Positions 9,671 through 21,155 of a stretch of 64,000 nt of DNA are shown here, piece after piece. The notes beneath the pieces are model-generated. The model was given only the letters and a program-made list of their open reading frames with translations. It ran no database searches and was not told the origin of the DNA. The stretch is taken from the NCBI GenBank assembly GCA_045561295.1, contig JBJKYD010000016.1, positions 1 to 64,000 on the forward strand, in the 5' to 3' direction. The DNA is from Gammaproteobacteria bacterium. Lineage in GTDB: Bacteria; Pseudomonadota; Gammaproteobacteria; GCA-002705445; GCA-002716945. Position 1 is the first letter of the stretch. Each line of letters opens with the position of its first letter. Made by a program: the position numbers and the translations under genes.

Positions 9671-10855
9671 ATGAATTTCCTTGTTGCATATCGATTTTTA
9701 TTTTCAAAATATAATCTATCATTTATATCTGTAATATCAAAAATATCGATTATAGGTTTAATGTTAGGTGTTGGAATTCTTATCACTGTTCTTTCTGTTA
9801 TGAATGGATTTGAAAAAGAGCTTAGAGATAAAATCTTAGGCTTCACATCACACATAAACATATATCCACATGATCAGCATACTGTAGATGATCTTAAGTC
9901 AATCATTAAGACAAATAAAAATATATTAGCTTACTCATTTATAAACAGAAATGAAGAATTAGTTTCATCAGATTCTGTAAATAACTACCCGATCATTATG
10001 CATAACGTAACAAGCAAAGATGAATTATTAACTAGCAACATAGCTCAAATGATACAATTAGGAGACTTTAATTTGGAAAACCCAAACAATATTGTAATAG
10101 GTAATGTTTTAGCAAATACTTTGAACATTACTATAGGTGATCAGATTACAGTATCAAACTATAAAAAAACATATATAAGTAATAAATTTATTGTAAGTGG
10201 AATTTTTGATTCAGGTATAAATGAATATAATCAAAGATTTATTTATGGAAGCAATTTAAATCTTCATAGTACTGATCAATTTTCATATATAAAATTGAAA
10301 CTAATAGATCCGCTGAAAGCTTCTTTAATTTCGAGAGAATTGTTTAATTCATATTCATTAATAACAAGTAACTGGACAGAAACACATAATGCTCTTTTTC
10401 AAGCTATAAACAATGAAAAAAGAGTAATGTTTATAATACTCAGTCTTATAATAGCTATTGCATCATTTAATATTGTTTCATCATTAACCCTTCTTGTTAT
10501 GAATAAACAAAAAGACATTGCAATATTAACTTCTTTGGGAATCAACAAAAAAACAATCGAATCGATATTTTTAATTCAAGGTTTTATTATTGGTGTAGCT
10601 GGTATTACACTTGGTGTCTTGCTTGGTCTAGTACTATCAATTAATATTAATGCAATAGTCTTATTTATAGAATCACTGTTTAATGTTGCCTTAATTTCAC
10701 CTGACATTTACCATTTAGATAAAGTCCCATATATAATAATCGTATCAGATATATATAAAATTGTGATTATCGCTTTTTTAATGGTCTTAGTGTCATCTAT
10801 ATACCCAGCAAGAAAAGCATCAAAACTAATACCTGCCCAATCTTTAAATTCATGA
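9671..10855 (+). CDS. lolC: Lipoprotein-releasing ABC transporter permease (single LolC/E)
   Basis: ITVLSVMNGFEKELRDKILG, IASFNIVSSL, IYPARKA; followed by lolD. Confidence 0.9.
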   Translation: MNFLVAYRFLFSKYNLSFISVISKISIIGLMLGVGILITVLSVMNGFEKELRDKILGFTSHINIYPHDQHTVDDLKSIIKTNKNILAYSFINRNEELVSSDSVNNYPIIMHNVTSKDELLTSNIAQMIQLGDFNLENPNNIVIGNVLANTLNITIGDQITVSNYKKTYISNKFIVSGIFDSGINEYNQRFIYGSNLNLHSTDQFSYIKLKLIDPLKASLISRELFNSYSLITSNWTETHNALFQAINNEKRVMFIILSLIIAIASFNIVSSLTLLVMNKQKDIAILTSLGINKKTIESIFLIQGFIIGVAGITLGVLLGLVLSININAIVLFIESLFNVALISPDIYHLDKVPYIIIVSDIYKIVIIAFLMVLVSSIYPARKASKLIPAQSLNS

Positions 10856-11523
10856 AAATTACTTGTAATAATATTTGTAAATCTTTTCAGAACAACACTA
10901 CGACACTGAACAGAGATGTGCTACGAGGTATTTCATTTGATTTAGAATCTGGAGATTCGCTCTCTATATCTGGCCCTTCCGGATCTGGAAAATCTACACT
11001 ATTAAATATCATATCAGGCCTAGATGATGCTGATAGGGGAGATATATATTTTGATAATTTATGTTTTTCAAATTTAAAAACCAATGAAAAGACAAAATTT
11101 AGATTACAAAATATTTCTTTAGTATTTCAATCATTTAATTTATTAAAGGACTTTAATGTATTGGAGAATATTATGCTACCACTTAGTTATAAAGGATTGT
11201 CAAAAAAAGATTCTGAAAAACATGCACTATCAGCTTTAGATGATGTAGATTTATCTAATTGTAAATCGTCATCAGTAACTACTTTGTCAGGTGGTGAGGC
11301 ACAAAGGGTAGGAATTGCTAGAGCATTAGCAATGAATACTAAAATTATTTTAGCTGATGAGCCTACTGGAAATCTTGATAAAGACACATCTAATTCTATT
11401 GTAAATAGTCTAGTTGAAGTATGCAAAATGAATAAAGTTTCTTTAGTGGTAGTCTCACATGATGATTCTGTTCTTTCTAAACTGAATATAAATAAAAAAA
11501 TAATGGATGGAAAATTTATTTAG
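10852..11523 (+). CDS. lolD: Lipoprotein-releasing ABC transporter ATPase
   Basis: GPSGSGKST, LSGGEAQRV, LADEPTGNLD. Confidence 0.9.
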   Translation: MKITCNNICKSFQNNTTTLNRDVLRGISFDLESGDSLSISGPSGSGKSTLLNIISGLDDADRGDIYFDNLCFSNLKTNEKTKFRLQNISLVFQSFNLLKDFNVLENIMLPLSYKGLSKKDSEKHALSALDDVDLSNCKSSSVTTLSGGEAQRVGIARALAMNTKIILADEPTGNLDKDTSNSIVNSLVEVCKMNKVSLVVVSHDDSVLSKLNINKKIMDGKFI

Positions 11524-12028
11524 TATTGTTTTTAATCCTATGAAGTTTTCTATAAGCTAGTATTTTCCAGAAAAGATGTATTCCAAAAAAACCTATTACT
11601 GCAGAAGAAATTCCAATAATCATAGTACCTACCAGCAGCGGTTCCCATATCAGAGAGAAAACACCTATAATCCAACCGATACTTGCCTCAAACTTATCAA
11701 ATAGTGGATCTATACCAAGTATGACATTACCAAATTCATATCCTAGATACATCATGGGTGGCATTGTTATTGGATTACTTACCCATACTCCTGCAACTGA
11801 TAAAGGAAGATTTGCTCGAAAATATACTGCGCAAAATGCTGCAGGTATCATTTGAAAAAACATTGGCATCCACCCCCAGAAAAGCCCTATAGCAATAGCT
11901 CTTGATAGTGTATGTTTATTTATAGACCAAAGTTCCTTTTCAAATATTGAGTTCCCTAAGACACCCAAAGCCTTATATTTCTTTAGATCTTCTGGTTTTG
12001 GTAAGTTGTCTTTAAAAAACTTCTTCAT
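11516..12028 (-). CDS. DUF2062-family membrane protein
   Basis: AIAIGLFWGWMP..Q, RANLP, WVSNPITMPP; usual neighbour of lolCD/msbA. Confidence 0.8.
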   Translation of the reverse strand: MKKFFKDNLPKPEDLKKYKALGVLGNSIFEKELWSINKHTLSRAIAIGLFWGWMPMFFQMIPAAFCAVYFRANLPLSVAGVWVSNPITMPPMMYLGYEFGNVILGIDPLFDKFEASIGWIIGVFSLIWEPLLVGTMIIGISSAVIGFFGIHLFWKILAYRKLHRIKNNTK

Positions 12029-12127
12029 TATTTCGAACTATATATGAAAATAATTGTATGTATATTTCAATGGTTAAATAATATCATGTATGATAGTCAA
12101 ATATCTTCATATCTTAATAAAACAATA

Positions 12128-13873
12128 ATGAATCATTCTAACAATAGTGGATTTCTTTTATATAAAAGGCTATTAAAACGCACAAAAATCTATAAGACTG
12201 TTTTTATTCTTGCTGTAATTGGAATGATAATACACGCTATTGCTGACACCTCTTTTGCAGCTCTTATTAAACCATTATTGGATGGAAGTTTCATAGAACA
12301 GGACAAGGCAGTCATATCATTAATGCCCATATTAATAATACTTATTTTTATACTCAGAGGCATTGGATCATTTATATCTAACTATGGCATGGCTTATGTT
12401 GGAAGAAGCATAATACGTGATATAAGAAAAGATATGTTTGACAAAATTATATCAAAGTCATCACAATCTTATGATGAATCTATTACTGGAAGACTTGTAT
12501 CAAAAATTACTTTTGATGCAGAGCAAGTAGCTGAAGCTGCGACTAAAGCAATAACAGTATTAATAAAAGATGGCTTAACTATAATCGGTTTATTATCATT
12601 AATGTTTTATTATAGTTTTGAACTTTCAATTGGACTCATTTTGTTAGCACCATTCATTGGATATTTTCTAAAAATCATGAGTATAAAATTTAGAAGCATA
12701 AGTCGTGACATTCAAAAATCAATGGGTGAAATTACTAATGTTGTAGAAGAATCAATTATCGGTCATCGACTTGTAAAGATATTTGAAGGACACAAGTATG
12801 AAACAAATTTATTTGATAGTGTTAATAAAAACAATAGAGAGAGAAACTTAAAGCTAATTTTTATACAAAGTTTAAGTATTCCACTAATGCAGCTTGTCAT
12901 AGCAATTTTTGCTGCAAGCATAATTTATTTCGTTATGTCAGAGGATTATCTTGAGCAAATATCAATAGGGACTTTCATGTCTTATCTCACTGCAATGATA
13001 ATGTTATTTGCTCCTATAAAAAGATTATCTGAGGTTAACGTTACTTTACAAAGGGGCATAGCTGCTAGTGAATCAATTTTTACTTTACTTGATTCAAAAT
13101 CAGAGCCTCAAGGAAATCAAACTTATGAGCCTATTGATAATGTTACTATTGATTTCACAGATATTAACTTTAAGTATTCATCGTCCAAGAACTTTATTGT
13201 TAAAAATATAACTCTTTCAATAAAGCCTGGGGAAACTGTTGCGTTAGTAGGTAAATCAGGTAGTGGAAAAACTACTATATTGGATTTAATTCCTAGATTA
13301 TATGAGCCAACTTCTGGATCAATCAAGTTTAATGATAAAGATATAGCAAAGATGGATTTAAATTTTATACGGAAACAAATCTCATATGTAGGTCAAGATT
13401 TTACTTTATTCAATGATACTATTTACAATAATATTGCTTATGGAGAATTAAATAAATGTAGCAAAGCTGAAGTTGAAGATGCAGCAAAAAAAGCAAATGC
13501 ATATAGTTTCATTGAGCTCTTGCAAGATAAATTTAATACATTTGTAGGTCAAAATGGAGTTCTTTTATCAGGTGGGCAAAGACAGAGAATTGCTATAGCA
13601 AGGGCTGTCCTGAAAAATTCTCCTATCCTTTTGTTAGATGAGGCTACAAGCGCATTAGATTCAGAATCGGAAACTATTATTAAAGAGTCTATTAATAATC
13701 TATCTAAAAATAAAACAACTTTAATTATCGCACATAGACTTTCAACAGTTATCAATGCTGATAAGATAGTAGTAATTGATAATGGGCAAATTGTTGAACA
13801 AGGTAATCATGATGAATTACTTAAAAAAAGAGGTACATATTCTGTTCTATATCATTCACAATTTAATAACTAG
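12128..13873 (+). CDS. msbA: Lipid A export ABC transporter
   Basis: TMD plus NBD (GKSGSGKT, LSGGQRQRIAIARA, DEATSALD); upstream of lpxK; start placed at ATG 12128. Confidence 0.95.
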   Translation: MNHSNNSGFLLYKRLLKRTKIYKTVFILAVIGMIIHAIADTSFAALIKPLLDGSFIEQDKAVISLMPILIILIFILRGIGSFISNYGMAYVGRSIIRDIRKDMFDKIISKSSQSYDESITGRLVSKITFDAEQVAEAATKAITVLIKDGLTIIGLLSLMFYYSFELSIGLILLAPFIGYFLKIMSIKFRSISRDIQKSMGEITNVVEESIIGHRLVKIFEGHKYETNLFDSVNKNNRERNLKLIFIQSLSIPLMQLVIAIFAASIIYFVMSEDYLEQISIGTFMSYLTAMIMLFAPIKRLSEVNVTLQRGIAASESIFTLLDSKSEPQGNQTYEPIDNVTIDFTDINFKYSSSKNFIVKNITLSIKPGETVALVGKSGSGKTTILDLIPRLYEPTSGSIKFNDKDIAKMDLNFIRKQISYVGQDFTLFNDTIYNNIAYGELNKCSKAEVEDAAKKANAYSFIELLQDKFNTFVGQNGVLLSGGQRQRIAIARAVLKNSPILLLDEATSALDSESETIIKESINNLSKNKTTLIIAHRLSTVINADKIVVIDNGQIVEQGNHDELLKKRGTYSVLYHSQFNN

Positions 13874-14824
13874 ATGCGTTACTTAGTATTTTTTATTTGG
13901 TATAGGTTACCGAAAATATTTCTTATACCATTATTACCATTATCATTAATATATTTTATAACCATTCTTATAAGAAAATATTTCTTAACAAATATTCTAT
14001 CTCGATATACCTCTCCAATAAATTTAATTATTGTTGGTAATTTAAATATCGGTGGATCCGGAAAAACTCCTTTTACTTTATGGCTTGCTAATTATTTATA
14101 TACTAAAGAAAAAAAAATAGGGATTATTTCTTCTGGTTATAAATCAAATGTAACTATACCAAAGCAAATAAACTCTACTTCAAAAGCTAATGAGGTTGGA
14201 GATGAAGCGTTGTTGCTACATTCAAAGACCGAAGCCGTTGTAGTATCTAGCGATAATCGTGTTAATTCAACTAAATTTTTAGATAATAAAAACTTAGACT
14301 ACATAATTCATGATGATGGTTTGCAGCATTATCAATTAAACAGAAATTATGAATTTATTATTACTAAATATAAAAGCTCTAGCAACAAACTATTACTGCC
14401 TTGCGGGCCTTTACGTGAACCTAAATTTTTTCATCCTAATGCTACTTTCGTGTTTAGCAACTACCACGGTGAGATGTATCCTGGGTTTTATACAAAATTA
14501 TCTCAAATAAGATCTCCTTATGACAGTCAAGTATACCTTCCGAATGATAGTAGATTTTCAAAAAGCTACTTACTTACTGCCATAGCTGATGATACTAATC
14601 TTAAAGAAGAACTGAGAGGATATCATGCTGATATAATTTGTTCATCCTTCATTGATCACCATCAATTTATACTCTCAGATATTCCTGATACTGCAGAGCC
14701 TATATTGGTCACAGAGAAGGATTTCACTAAACTAAAAGAATTTAAAGTTAAAAATATTTATATACTTGAACAATCTCTTGTTCCAAATGATAAACTAACT
14801 AAAATTATAGAGAATTTTAGATGA
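13874..14824 (+). CDS. lpxK: Tetraacyldisaccharide 4'-kinase
   Basis: VGNLNIGGSGKTP, GDEA, DDGLQHY, LLPCGPLRE, VTEKD. Confidence 0.93.
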   Translation: MRYLVFFIWYRLPKIFLIPLLPLSLIYFITILIRKYFLTNILSRYTSPINLIIVGNLNIGGSGKTPFTLWLANYLYTKEKKIGIISSGYKSNVTIPKQINSTSKANEVGDEALLLHSKTEAVVVSSDNRVNSTKFLDNKNLDYIIHDDGLQHYQLNRNYEFIITKYKSSSNKLLLPCGPLREPKFFHPNATFVFSNYHGEMYPGFYTKLSQIRSPYDSQVYLPNDSRFSKSYLLTAIADDTNLKEELRGYHADIICSSFIDHHQFILSDIPDTAEPILVTEKDFTKLKEFKVKNIYILEQSLVPNDKLTKIIENFR

Positions 14825-15540
14825 CTACATTCATTATATTACCTGCAAGATTAGAGTCATCACGACTATCAAAAAAACTTATTCAAAATATAGGAGATAA
14901 AGCCTTAATAGAGCACATGATTTTGTGTGCAAAAAAAATAAAGGATACATCTATAATCGTATCAACAGACTCGAAGATTATCCAAAAATATGCTGATAAG
15001 CATAATGTAAAATCTCTCTTGTCGTCAAAAAAATTTAAAAATGGCTCAGAGCGCTGTTATTTTACTGCAAAAAAATTTAAAGCTTCAAATAAAGATATAA
15101 TCATCAATCTCCAGGCAGATGAATTTAACATTGATCCAAATAATATTAGAAAACTTATAAGAGTTTTAAAACTCTCTGATGATATTAATGTTTGTACATT
15201 AATTTATGAAACAGAAAATAAGAATGAATACTTAGATAGTAATTTTGTAAAGGCAGTTGTTGATAAACAACTCAGAGCCATTACATTCACAAGAAAACCT
15301 ATTACGTCAGTTGAATCGAAGTATCTCATTCATCTTGGAGTATATGGTTATAAATTTAAAACTCTCGAAAAATATTCTTCACTTAAGCAATGTCATTATG
15401 AAAAAGATGAGAGTCTTGAACAATTAAGAATGATTTGGAATAATATACCGATACATTGTGTTCAGGTTAAAGATAACAAGTCAATTGGTATCAACTCCGT
15501 TCGCGATCTGAAAAAGGCAAGAGATATTTATGAGCATTAA
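14821..15540 (+). CDS. kdsB: CMP-Kdo synthetase
   Basis: PARLESSRL, NGSER, INLQADE, HLGVYGY, ESLEQLR. Confidence 0.93.
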   Translation: MTTFIILPARLESSRLSKKLIQNIGDKALIEHMILCAKKIKDTSIIVSTDSKIIQKYADKHNVKSLLSSKKFKNGSERCYFTAKKFKASNKDIIINLQADEFNIDPNNIRKLIRVLKLSDDINVCTLIYETENKNEYLDSNFVKAVVDKQLRAITFTRKPITSVESKYLIHLGVYGYKFKTLEKYSSLKQCHYEKDESLEQLRMIWNNIPIHCVQVKDNKSIGINSVRDLKKARDIYEH

Positions 15541-16495
15541 GAAAGTGACTATAACTGGCGCAGCTGGAAATATTGCTTATTCACTTATTTTCAGAATTCT
15601 TTCTAAACTTCCATTTAAGGCTACTGATAAAATTGATTTAACATTGCTTGATATTGAGCTGTCACAGAAATCCTTAACAGGCCTTCGTTTTGAAATTGAG
15701 GATTGTGCATTTTCATCATTAAACGAAATTGCTATTACTGCTGATTCTGAAAAAGCCTTCGATGATTCTGATTATATTATTATGGTTGGCGCTAAACCAA
15801 GATCAAAAGGTATGGAGAGGTCAGATTTGATACTGGACAATGCTGGTATCTTCAAATCTCAAGCGGAAACTATCAATAACGTATGCTCATCATCGACAAA
15901 AATTATTGTGGTAGGAAATCCAGCTAACACGAATGCTTTAATCCTTAATTATAATACCCCTAAGATTCCAAATGAAAATGTAACTTCTTTGATGAAATTA
16001 GATCAAAATAGAGCAAAAAGTATTTTAGCCTCTAAGCTTGATAAGCAAGTTGAAGAAATTCATCAAATGATAATATGGGGAAATCATTCAACTACGCAAG
16101 TTCCAGATTTATATAACTGTAACGTAATGTCATCAATTGTGGATGTAGAGGAAAGCTGGATATATGGTACTTTTATTCCTAAGGTGCAGAAAAGAGGAGG
16201 AGAAATTATAGAATTTCGAGGATTATCTAGCGCTGCTTCTGCAGCATCTGCAATTTATGATCATATCAATATACTAGAAAATGGTTCCGACGAATGGGAA
16301 TCTCTAGGCATAATGACCTCTGGTGAATATGATATTACTGAAGGTTTAATGTTTTCATTGCCTTTAAGCATCAGTGAAAATTCATATAGAGTAATTCCTG
16401 ATGTAAATATTAATTCTAAGATTGCTGACTTAATTAAATTATCAGAGAAAGAGCTTCTAAAAGAAAGAGATATTGTTAAACAATATCTTCCATAG
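15530..16495 (+). CDS. mdh: Malate dehydrogenase (dimeric, cytosolic-like clade)
   Basis: TGAAGNIAYSL, PRSKGMERSDL, VVGNPANTN, WGNHSTTQ, SSAASAA. Confidence 0.95.
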   Translation: MSIKKVTITGAAGNIAYSLIFRILSKLPFKATDKIDLTLLDIELSQKSLTGLRFEIEDCAFSSLNEIAITADSEKAFDDSDYIIMVGAKPRSKGMERSDLILDNAGIFKSQAETINNVCSSSTKIIVVGNPANTNALILNYNTPKIPNENVTSLMKLDQNRAKSILASKLDKQVEEIHQMIIWGNHSTTQVPDLYNCNVMSSIVDVEESWIYGTFIPKVQKRGGEIIEFRGLSSAASAASAIYDHINILENGSDEWESLGIMTSGEYDITEGLMFSLPLSISENSYRVIPDVNINSKIADLIKLSEKELLKERDIVKQYLP

Positions 16496-17390
16496 GAATT
16501 ACTTCAACAATATCTTTTCCTACGAATAATTCATTAAAATCACAGCTATCTCTTAGTATACTGTGTGACAATGTAACGTCATTATAGAAAAAGTACTCTC
16601 CAATTAATTCGCCAACACTCTCACCATCTTTATTGATAATGTTTCTGTCATGAATTTCAGAATTATTTATATTAACCAGATAGACATGTTTTTTTACATT
16701 ACCAAGATAATGCGTTCGTGCAACAACTTCTTGTCCAGTATAGCAGCCTTTTTTATAGCTGACTGTATTGAGTCTATCGGCGTTCAATACTTGCGGAATA
16801 TATTTTTCAATACTTTCAACTTGTAATCTTGTTACTAAACCAAACAAATCAATCAAACATGTATTAGGTTTATCTTTCTCAGAACAATTTATTTCAATCT
16901 GATGCCCAGGGTTCATCAAGACGCACTTACTCTGAGGAATTAGTGGAGTTGACATATTTATTACAATATTATTATCATCAATTTTTTTATAATGTCCTGA
17001 TGAGAGTACATTATATTTTTTATTGATTGACAATGCTTCATCACCAAGTATTGACAAGACAGCTGCTCCAGAAACAATATCAAATTTTACCTTCGACATT
17101 AAGATATACTTTGAAATTTTTTCAATAAAATATTCAGATAAGTTCTTTGGCAAGATTATAATTACATCATCACCATCTGCAATCAATTGCATGTTTACTA
17201 TTACTTTTCCTTGGTGAGTACAATAAGATGCGAGTTTGTATTGTTCATTCCCCAAACTATCAATGTCATTGGTTAATTGACCTTGTAGGAATTTTTTGTT
17301 GTCAATACCGCTTACTCTTATAACTGAAACACCATTGTCACTGTAAGGACCATTGTGCTCTCTTATAATATCAGATATTAGTTTATTCAT
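16476..17390 (-). CDS. ygfZ: Folate-binding Fe-S maturation protein YgfZ
   Basis: KFLQGQLTND and the signature KGCYTGQE. Confidence 0.93.
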   Translation of the reverse strand: MNKLISDIIREHNGPYSDNGVSVIRVSGIDNKKFLQGQLTNDIDSLGNEQYKLASYCTHQGKVIVNMQLIADGDDVIIILPKNLSEYFIEKISKYILMSKVKFDIVSGAAVLSILGDEALSINKKYNVLSSGHYKKIDDNNIVINMSTPLIPQSKCVLMNPGHQIEINCSEKDKPNTCLIDLFGLVTRLQVESIEKYIPQVLNADRLNTVSYKKGCYTGQEVVARTHYLGNVKKHVYLVNINNSEIHDRNIINKDGESVGELIGEYFFYNDVTLSHSILRDSCDFNELFVGKDIVEVIPMEDIV

Positions 17391-17512
17391 ATAAAATATT
17401 GATTATCTTAGTTATTTTTTATACTAAATTCTTTGATAATCTAACATAAGTATAGCCTAATAAATAACTATTTATTTTAAAAATATTTTCATATAATAAG
17501 CATCAAAGTTGA

Positions 17513-17665
<153 letters not shown>

Positions 17666-17667
17666 TT

Positions 17668-18051
17668 ATGAATACTACTAACAGACCTCTGTCACCACAT
17701 CTGCAAATTTATAAGCCACAGCTAACATCTGTTCTGTCTATCTCTCACCGGATGACAGGTTTTGCGCTTAGTATGATTGTACTTTTATCCCCAATAATAA
17801 TTTATTTTCTCACTTACTCTGCCGAGACACATCAAATTATGATTAATATTCTTGGTAATACGTTTATTAAAATAATTTTTTCATTAGCTTTGTTTGGATT
17901 ATTATACCATTTATGTAATGGGATAAGACACCTCGCATGGGATGCGGGATATGGACTTGATCTTGAAAGTAGCTATAAATCTGGATATATAGTAATAGTT
18001 TCTTCAGTAGCTTTGACTTTCCTGATTCTTTTATTTTCGGGAGTTTTATAA
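17668..18051 (+). CDS. sdhC: Succinate dehydrogenase cytochrome b556 subunit
   Basis: RPLSPHLQIYKPQ, SISHRMTG, YHLCNGIRHLAWD; ATG at 17668. Confidence 0.95.
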   Translation: MNTTNRPLSPHLQIYKPQLTSVLSISHRMTGFALSMIVLLSPIIIYFLTYSAETHQIMINILGNTFIKIIFSLALFGLLYHLCNGIRHLAWDAGYGLDLESSYKSGYIVIVSSVALTFLILLFSGVL

Positions 18052-18053
18052 AC

Positions 18054-18365
18054 ATGGAACATTGGAAGCTCCAGCGCATAAGCGCGATTATAATGATACC
18101 TGTAGTAATATTGTCCTTGCTATATATTATAAATATTTCATCTATACCTTATGTTCAACTAATTGAAGATCTTAGCTCTATCTCAGGATTTATATTGTCA
18201 GTTGCTTTTATTGGTTTTATATTATTTCACAGTTCTATGGGCCTAGAAGTTATAATTGAAGATTATATACACACTGAGACAATACAAAAAAATGTAATTT
18301 CATTATCTAAACTTTTTCATATTATTTCTTTTTTCTTAACCATATTAATTTTAGCGAGCATATAA
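18054..18365 (+). CDS. sdhD: Succinate dehydrogenase membrane anchor
   Basis: HWKLQRISA, HSSMGLEVIIEDYIH. Confidence 0.93.
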   Translation: MEHWKLQRISAIIMIPVVILSLLYIINISSIPYVQLIEDLSSISGFILSVAFIGFILFHSSMGLEVIIEDYIHTETIQKNVISLSKLFHIISFFLTILILASI

Positions 18366-18368
18366 AAA

Positions 18369-20135
18369 ATGGACTTAGTAAAACATGAACATGACGTTCT
18401 AGTAGTTGGTGCTGGTGGATCAGGCTTAAGAGCATCTATGGGATTATCTCAATCTGATTTATCAGTTGCGTGTATCTCAAAAGTATTTCCTACAAGAAGT
18501 CATACAGTTGCTGCTCAAGGTGGAATCAGCGGAGCATTAGGCAACATGGGCGAAGATGATTGGCGATGGCATATGTATGATACTGTAAAAGGTTCAGACT
18601 GGCTTGGCGATCAAGATTCTATTGAATATATGTGTAAAAACGCTGTTGAGTCTATAATTGAACTGGAACATTACGGTGTTCCTTTTTCTCGTACAGAAGA
18701 AGGTAAAATCTATCAAAGACCGTTTGGTGGAATGACAACAGAATACGGTAAAGGTATCGCACAGAGAACTTGTGCTGCAGCAGATAGAACAGGTCATGCA
18801 ATACTTCATACGCTTTATACGCAGTCATTAAAAAATGAAGTTGATTTCTTCATTGAATATTTCGTAATAGACTTACTATTTGAAGATGGCAAATGTGTTG
18901 GGGTTTTAGCTTGGTGTCTCGAAGATGGTAAAATTCATCTTTTTCAGTCTCATATGGTAATACTTGCTACAGGGGGATACGGCAGAGCTTATTTGTCGTC
19001 AACATCAGCACATACGTGTACGGGTGATGGAAATGCAATGGTATTAAGGGCTAATTTACCATTACAAGATATGGAATTTATTCAGTTCCATCCTACTGGG
19101 ATATATGGTGCAGGTTGTCTGATTACTGAGGGAGCTAGAGGCGAAGGGGGATACCTAACAAATTCAGATGGTGAACGTTTCATGCCTAAATATGCTCCAA
19201 ATGCTAAAGATCTTGCATCAAGAGATGTCGTGAGTAGAGCAATTCAAATGGAAGTAAATGCAGGAAGAGGCGTAGGCGCAGAAAAGGATCATGCACATCT
19301 TCATCTTGAGCACCTTGGACATGAAACTATAAATGAAAGATTACCGGGTATCGCTGAAACTGCACAAATCTTTGCGGGTGTAGACGTTACAAAAGAGCCG
19401 ATACCAATTATACCTACTGTTCATTATAATATGGGTGGAACACCGACTAATTACAATACAGAAGTTTTAAATAATGAGAATTCTGTTGTAGAGGGACTTA
19501 TGGCAATTGGCGAGGGTGCATGCGTATCTGTTCATGGGGCTAATAGACTCGGTTCAAATTCTCTGTTAGATTTGATTGTGTTTGGAAGGTCAGCTGCTGA
19601 TAGAGCAATTGAAGTTCTAAAAGATAAACCAAAATCTCATCCTAATATTACAAGCTCATCTATAGATAAAATTATTTCAAGGTTCGAAACTATTAAAAAT
19701 GCTAATGGTGATATAAATCCATCTGAAATAAGAGATACTATGCAAAGAACAATGCAAAGATATGCTCCAGTCTATAGAGATCAAGAAACAATGAATAAAG
19801 GTATAGAAATTATGAAAGGTCTATTTAGAGATTTTGAAAACATAAAACTATCTGATTCATCTATGATTTGGAATACAGATTTAGCTGAAACCTTAGAACT
19901 TAACAATCTTCTTTACCAGTCATTGGCGACTTTATATTCGGCATCAGAAAGGAAGGAGACAAGAGGGGCTCATGCAAGAGATGATTTTCCGGAAAGAGAT
20001 GATGAAAACTGGCTGAAACACTCTCTCGTTTCAGTTACAGATGATGGAGAACCTACTTATAACTATAAAGATGTTGTATTAGAGACATTGACAGATGAAA
20101 TGGAAACTGTTGCGCTTAAAGCAAGGACATATTAA
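18369..20135 (+). CDS. sdhA: Succinate dehydrogenase flavoprotein
   Basis: [16 protein letters not shown] (FAD-His), [23 protein letters not shown]. Confidence 0.99.
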   Translation: MDLVKHEHDVLVVGAGGSGLRASMGLSQSDLSVACISKVFPTRSHTVAAQGGISGALGNMGEDDWRWHMYDTVKGSDWLGDQDSIEYMCKNAVESIIELEHYGVPFSRTEEGKIYQRPFGGMTTEYGKGIAQRTCAAADRTGHAILHTLYTQSLKNEVDFFIEYFVIDLLFEDGKCVGVLAWCLEDGKIHLFQSHMVILATGGYGRAYLSSTSAHTCTGDGNAMVLRANLPLQDMEFIQFHPTGIYGAGCLITEGARGEGGYLTNSDGERFMPKYAPNAKDLASRDVVSRAIQMEVNAGRGVGAEKDHAHLHLEHLGHETINERLPGIAETAQIFAGVDVTKEPIPIIPTVHYNMGGTPTNYNTEVLNNENSVVEGLMAIGEGACVSVHGANRLGSNSLLDLIVFGRSAADRAIEVLKDKPKSHPNITSSSIDKIISRFETIKNANGDINPSEIRDTMQRTMQRYAPVYRDQETMNKGIEIMKGLFRDFENIKLSDSSMIWNTDLAETLELNNLLYQSLATLYSASERKETRGAHARDDFPERDDENWLKHSLVSVTDDGEPTYNYKDVVLETLTDEMETVALKARTY

Positions 20136-20902
20136 TGGCTAAATTTACACTACCAATAAATTCAATTGTCAGAAAAGGCAAAACATTTTCTGATGTTAAT
20201 AAATCTGAGAATATGCTTACTGTAGAAATATATAGATATAATCCAGATACTAAGAGTAATCCTTATACCGATACATATTTATTGAATAAAGATAACTTTG
20301 GTCCAATGGCATTGGATGTATTGATTTATATAAAAAGTAAAATTGACTCCTCTTTAACATTTAGAAGGTCATGTAGAGAGGGAATTTGTGGTTCTTGTTC
20401 TATGAATATCAACGGTACTAATAATCTTGCTTGTATCACAGATATATCAACAGAGACAAAGCTAAAATTTTATCCTTTACCACATATGCCTGTAATTAAA
20501 GATTTAGTGCCAGATTTAAATAACTTCTATGCACAATATAAATCAATTAAACCTTGGTTAATTACAGACAAGAAACCAGAACGTGAACACATTCAATCTC
20601 AAGAAGATCGAAGTAAACTTGACGGTCTCTTTGAATGTGTACTTTGTGCTTGTTGTTCGACAAGCTGCCCAAGTTATTGGTGGAATTCTGATAAATATCT
20701 TGGACCGGCTACATTAATGCATGCATATAAATGGATAATTGATAGTAGAGATACAGCAAAAGAAGAGAGACTATCTAATTTAGCTGATAAATTTAAACTA
20801 TACAGATGTCATACTATTATGAATTGTACTAAAACATGTCCCAAGAATCTTAACCCTGCTCGAGCAATATCTGAGATAAAAAAAATGCTTGTAAAAGCTT
20901 AA
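20135..20902 (+). CDS. sdhB: Succinate dehydrogenase Fe-S subunit
   Basis: [34 protein letters not shown]. Confidence 0.99.
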   Translation: MAKFTLPINSIVRKGKTFSDVNKSENMLTVEIYRYNPDTKSNPYTDTYLLNKDNFGPMALDVLIYIKSKIDSSLTFRRSCREGICGSCSMNINGTNNLACITDISTETKLKFYPLPHMPVIKDLVPDLNNFYAQYKSIKPWLITDKKPEREHIQSQEDRSKLDGLFECVLCACCSTSCPSYWWNSDKYLGPATLMHAYKWIIDSRDTAKEERLSNLADKFKLYRCHTIMNCTKTCPKNLNPARAISEIKKMLVKA

Positions 20903-20903
20903 T

Positions 20904-21155
20904 ATGAGCTTAAACAAACTTCGTTGGAAATCTAGAAAAGGTATAAGAGAACTTGATATTCTCTTGCAAAACTTCCTTAATCAAGAATATGAACTGCTCA
21001 ATGATTACCATAAAAAAATCTTTGAAGAAGTGTTAGAAATAGAAACATATGATTTGCTGAATGCTATTACAGGAAAATCTAGTTACAATGAGGAGTATGA
21101 ACCAATTATTAAAAAACTTTCTAATTTATCTTCATTAAAAAATGGAAAAAAATAA
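20904..21155 (+). CDS. sdhE: FAD assembly factor SdhE (SDHAF2)
   Basis: LRWKSRKGIRELD variant of the RGxxE motif; directly after sdhB. Confidence 0.85.
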   Translation: MSLNKLRWKSRKGIRELDILLQNFLNQEYELLNDYHKKIFEEVLEIETYDLLNAITGKSSYNEEYEPIIKKLSNLSSLKNGKK

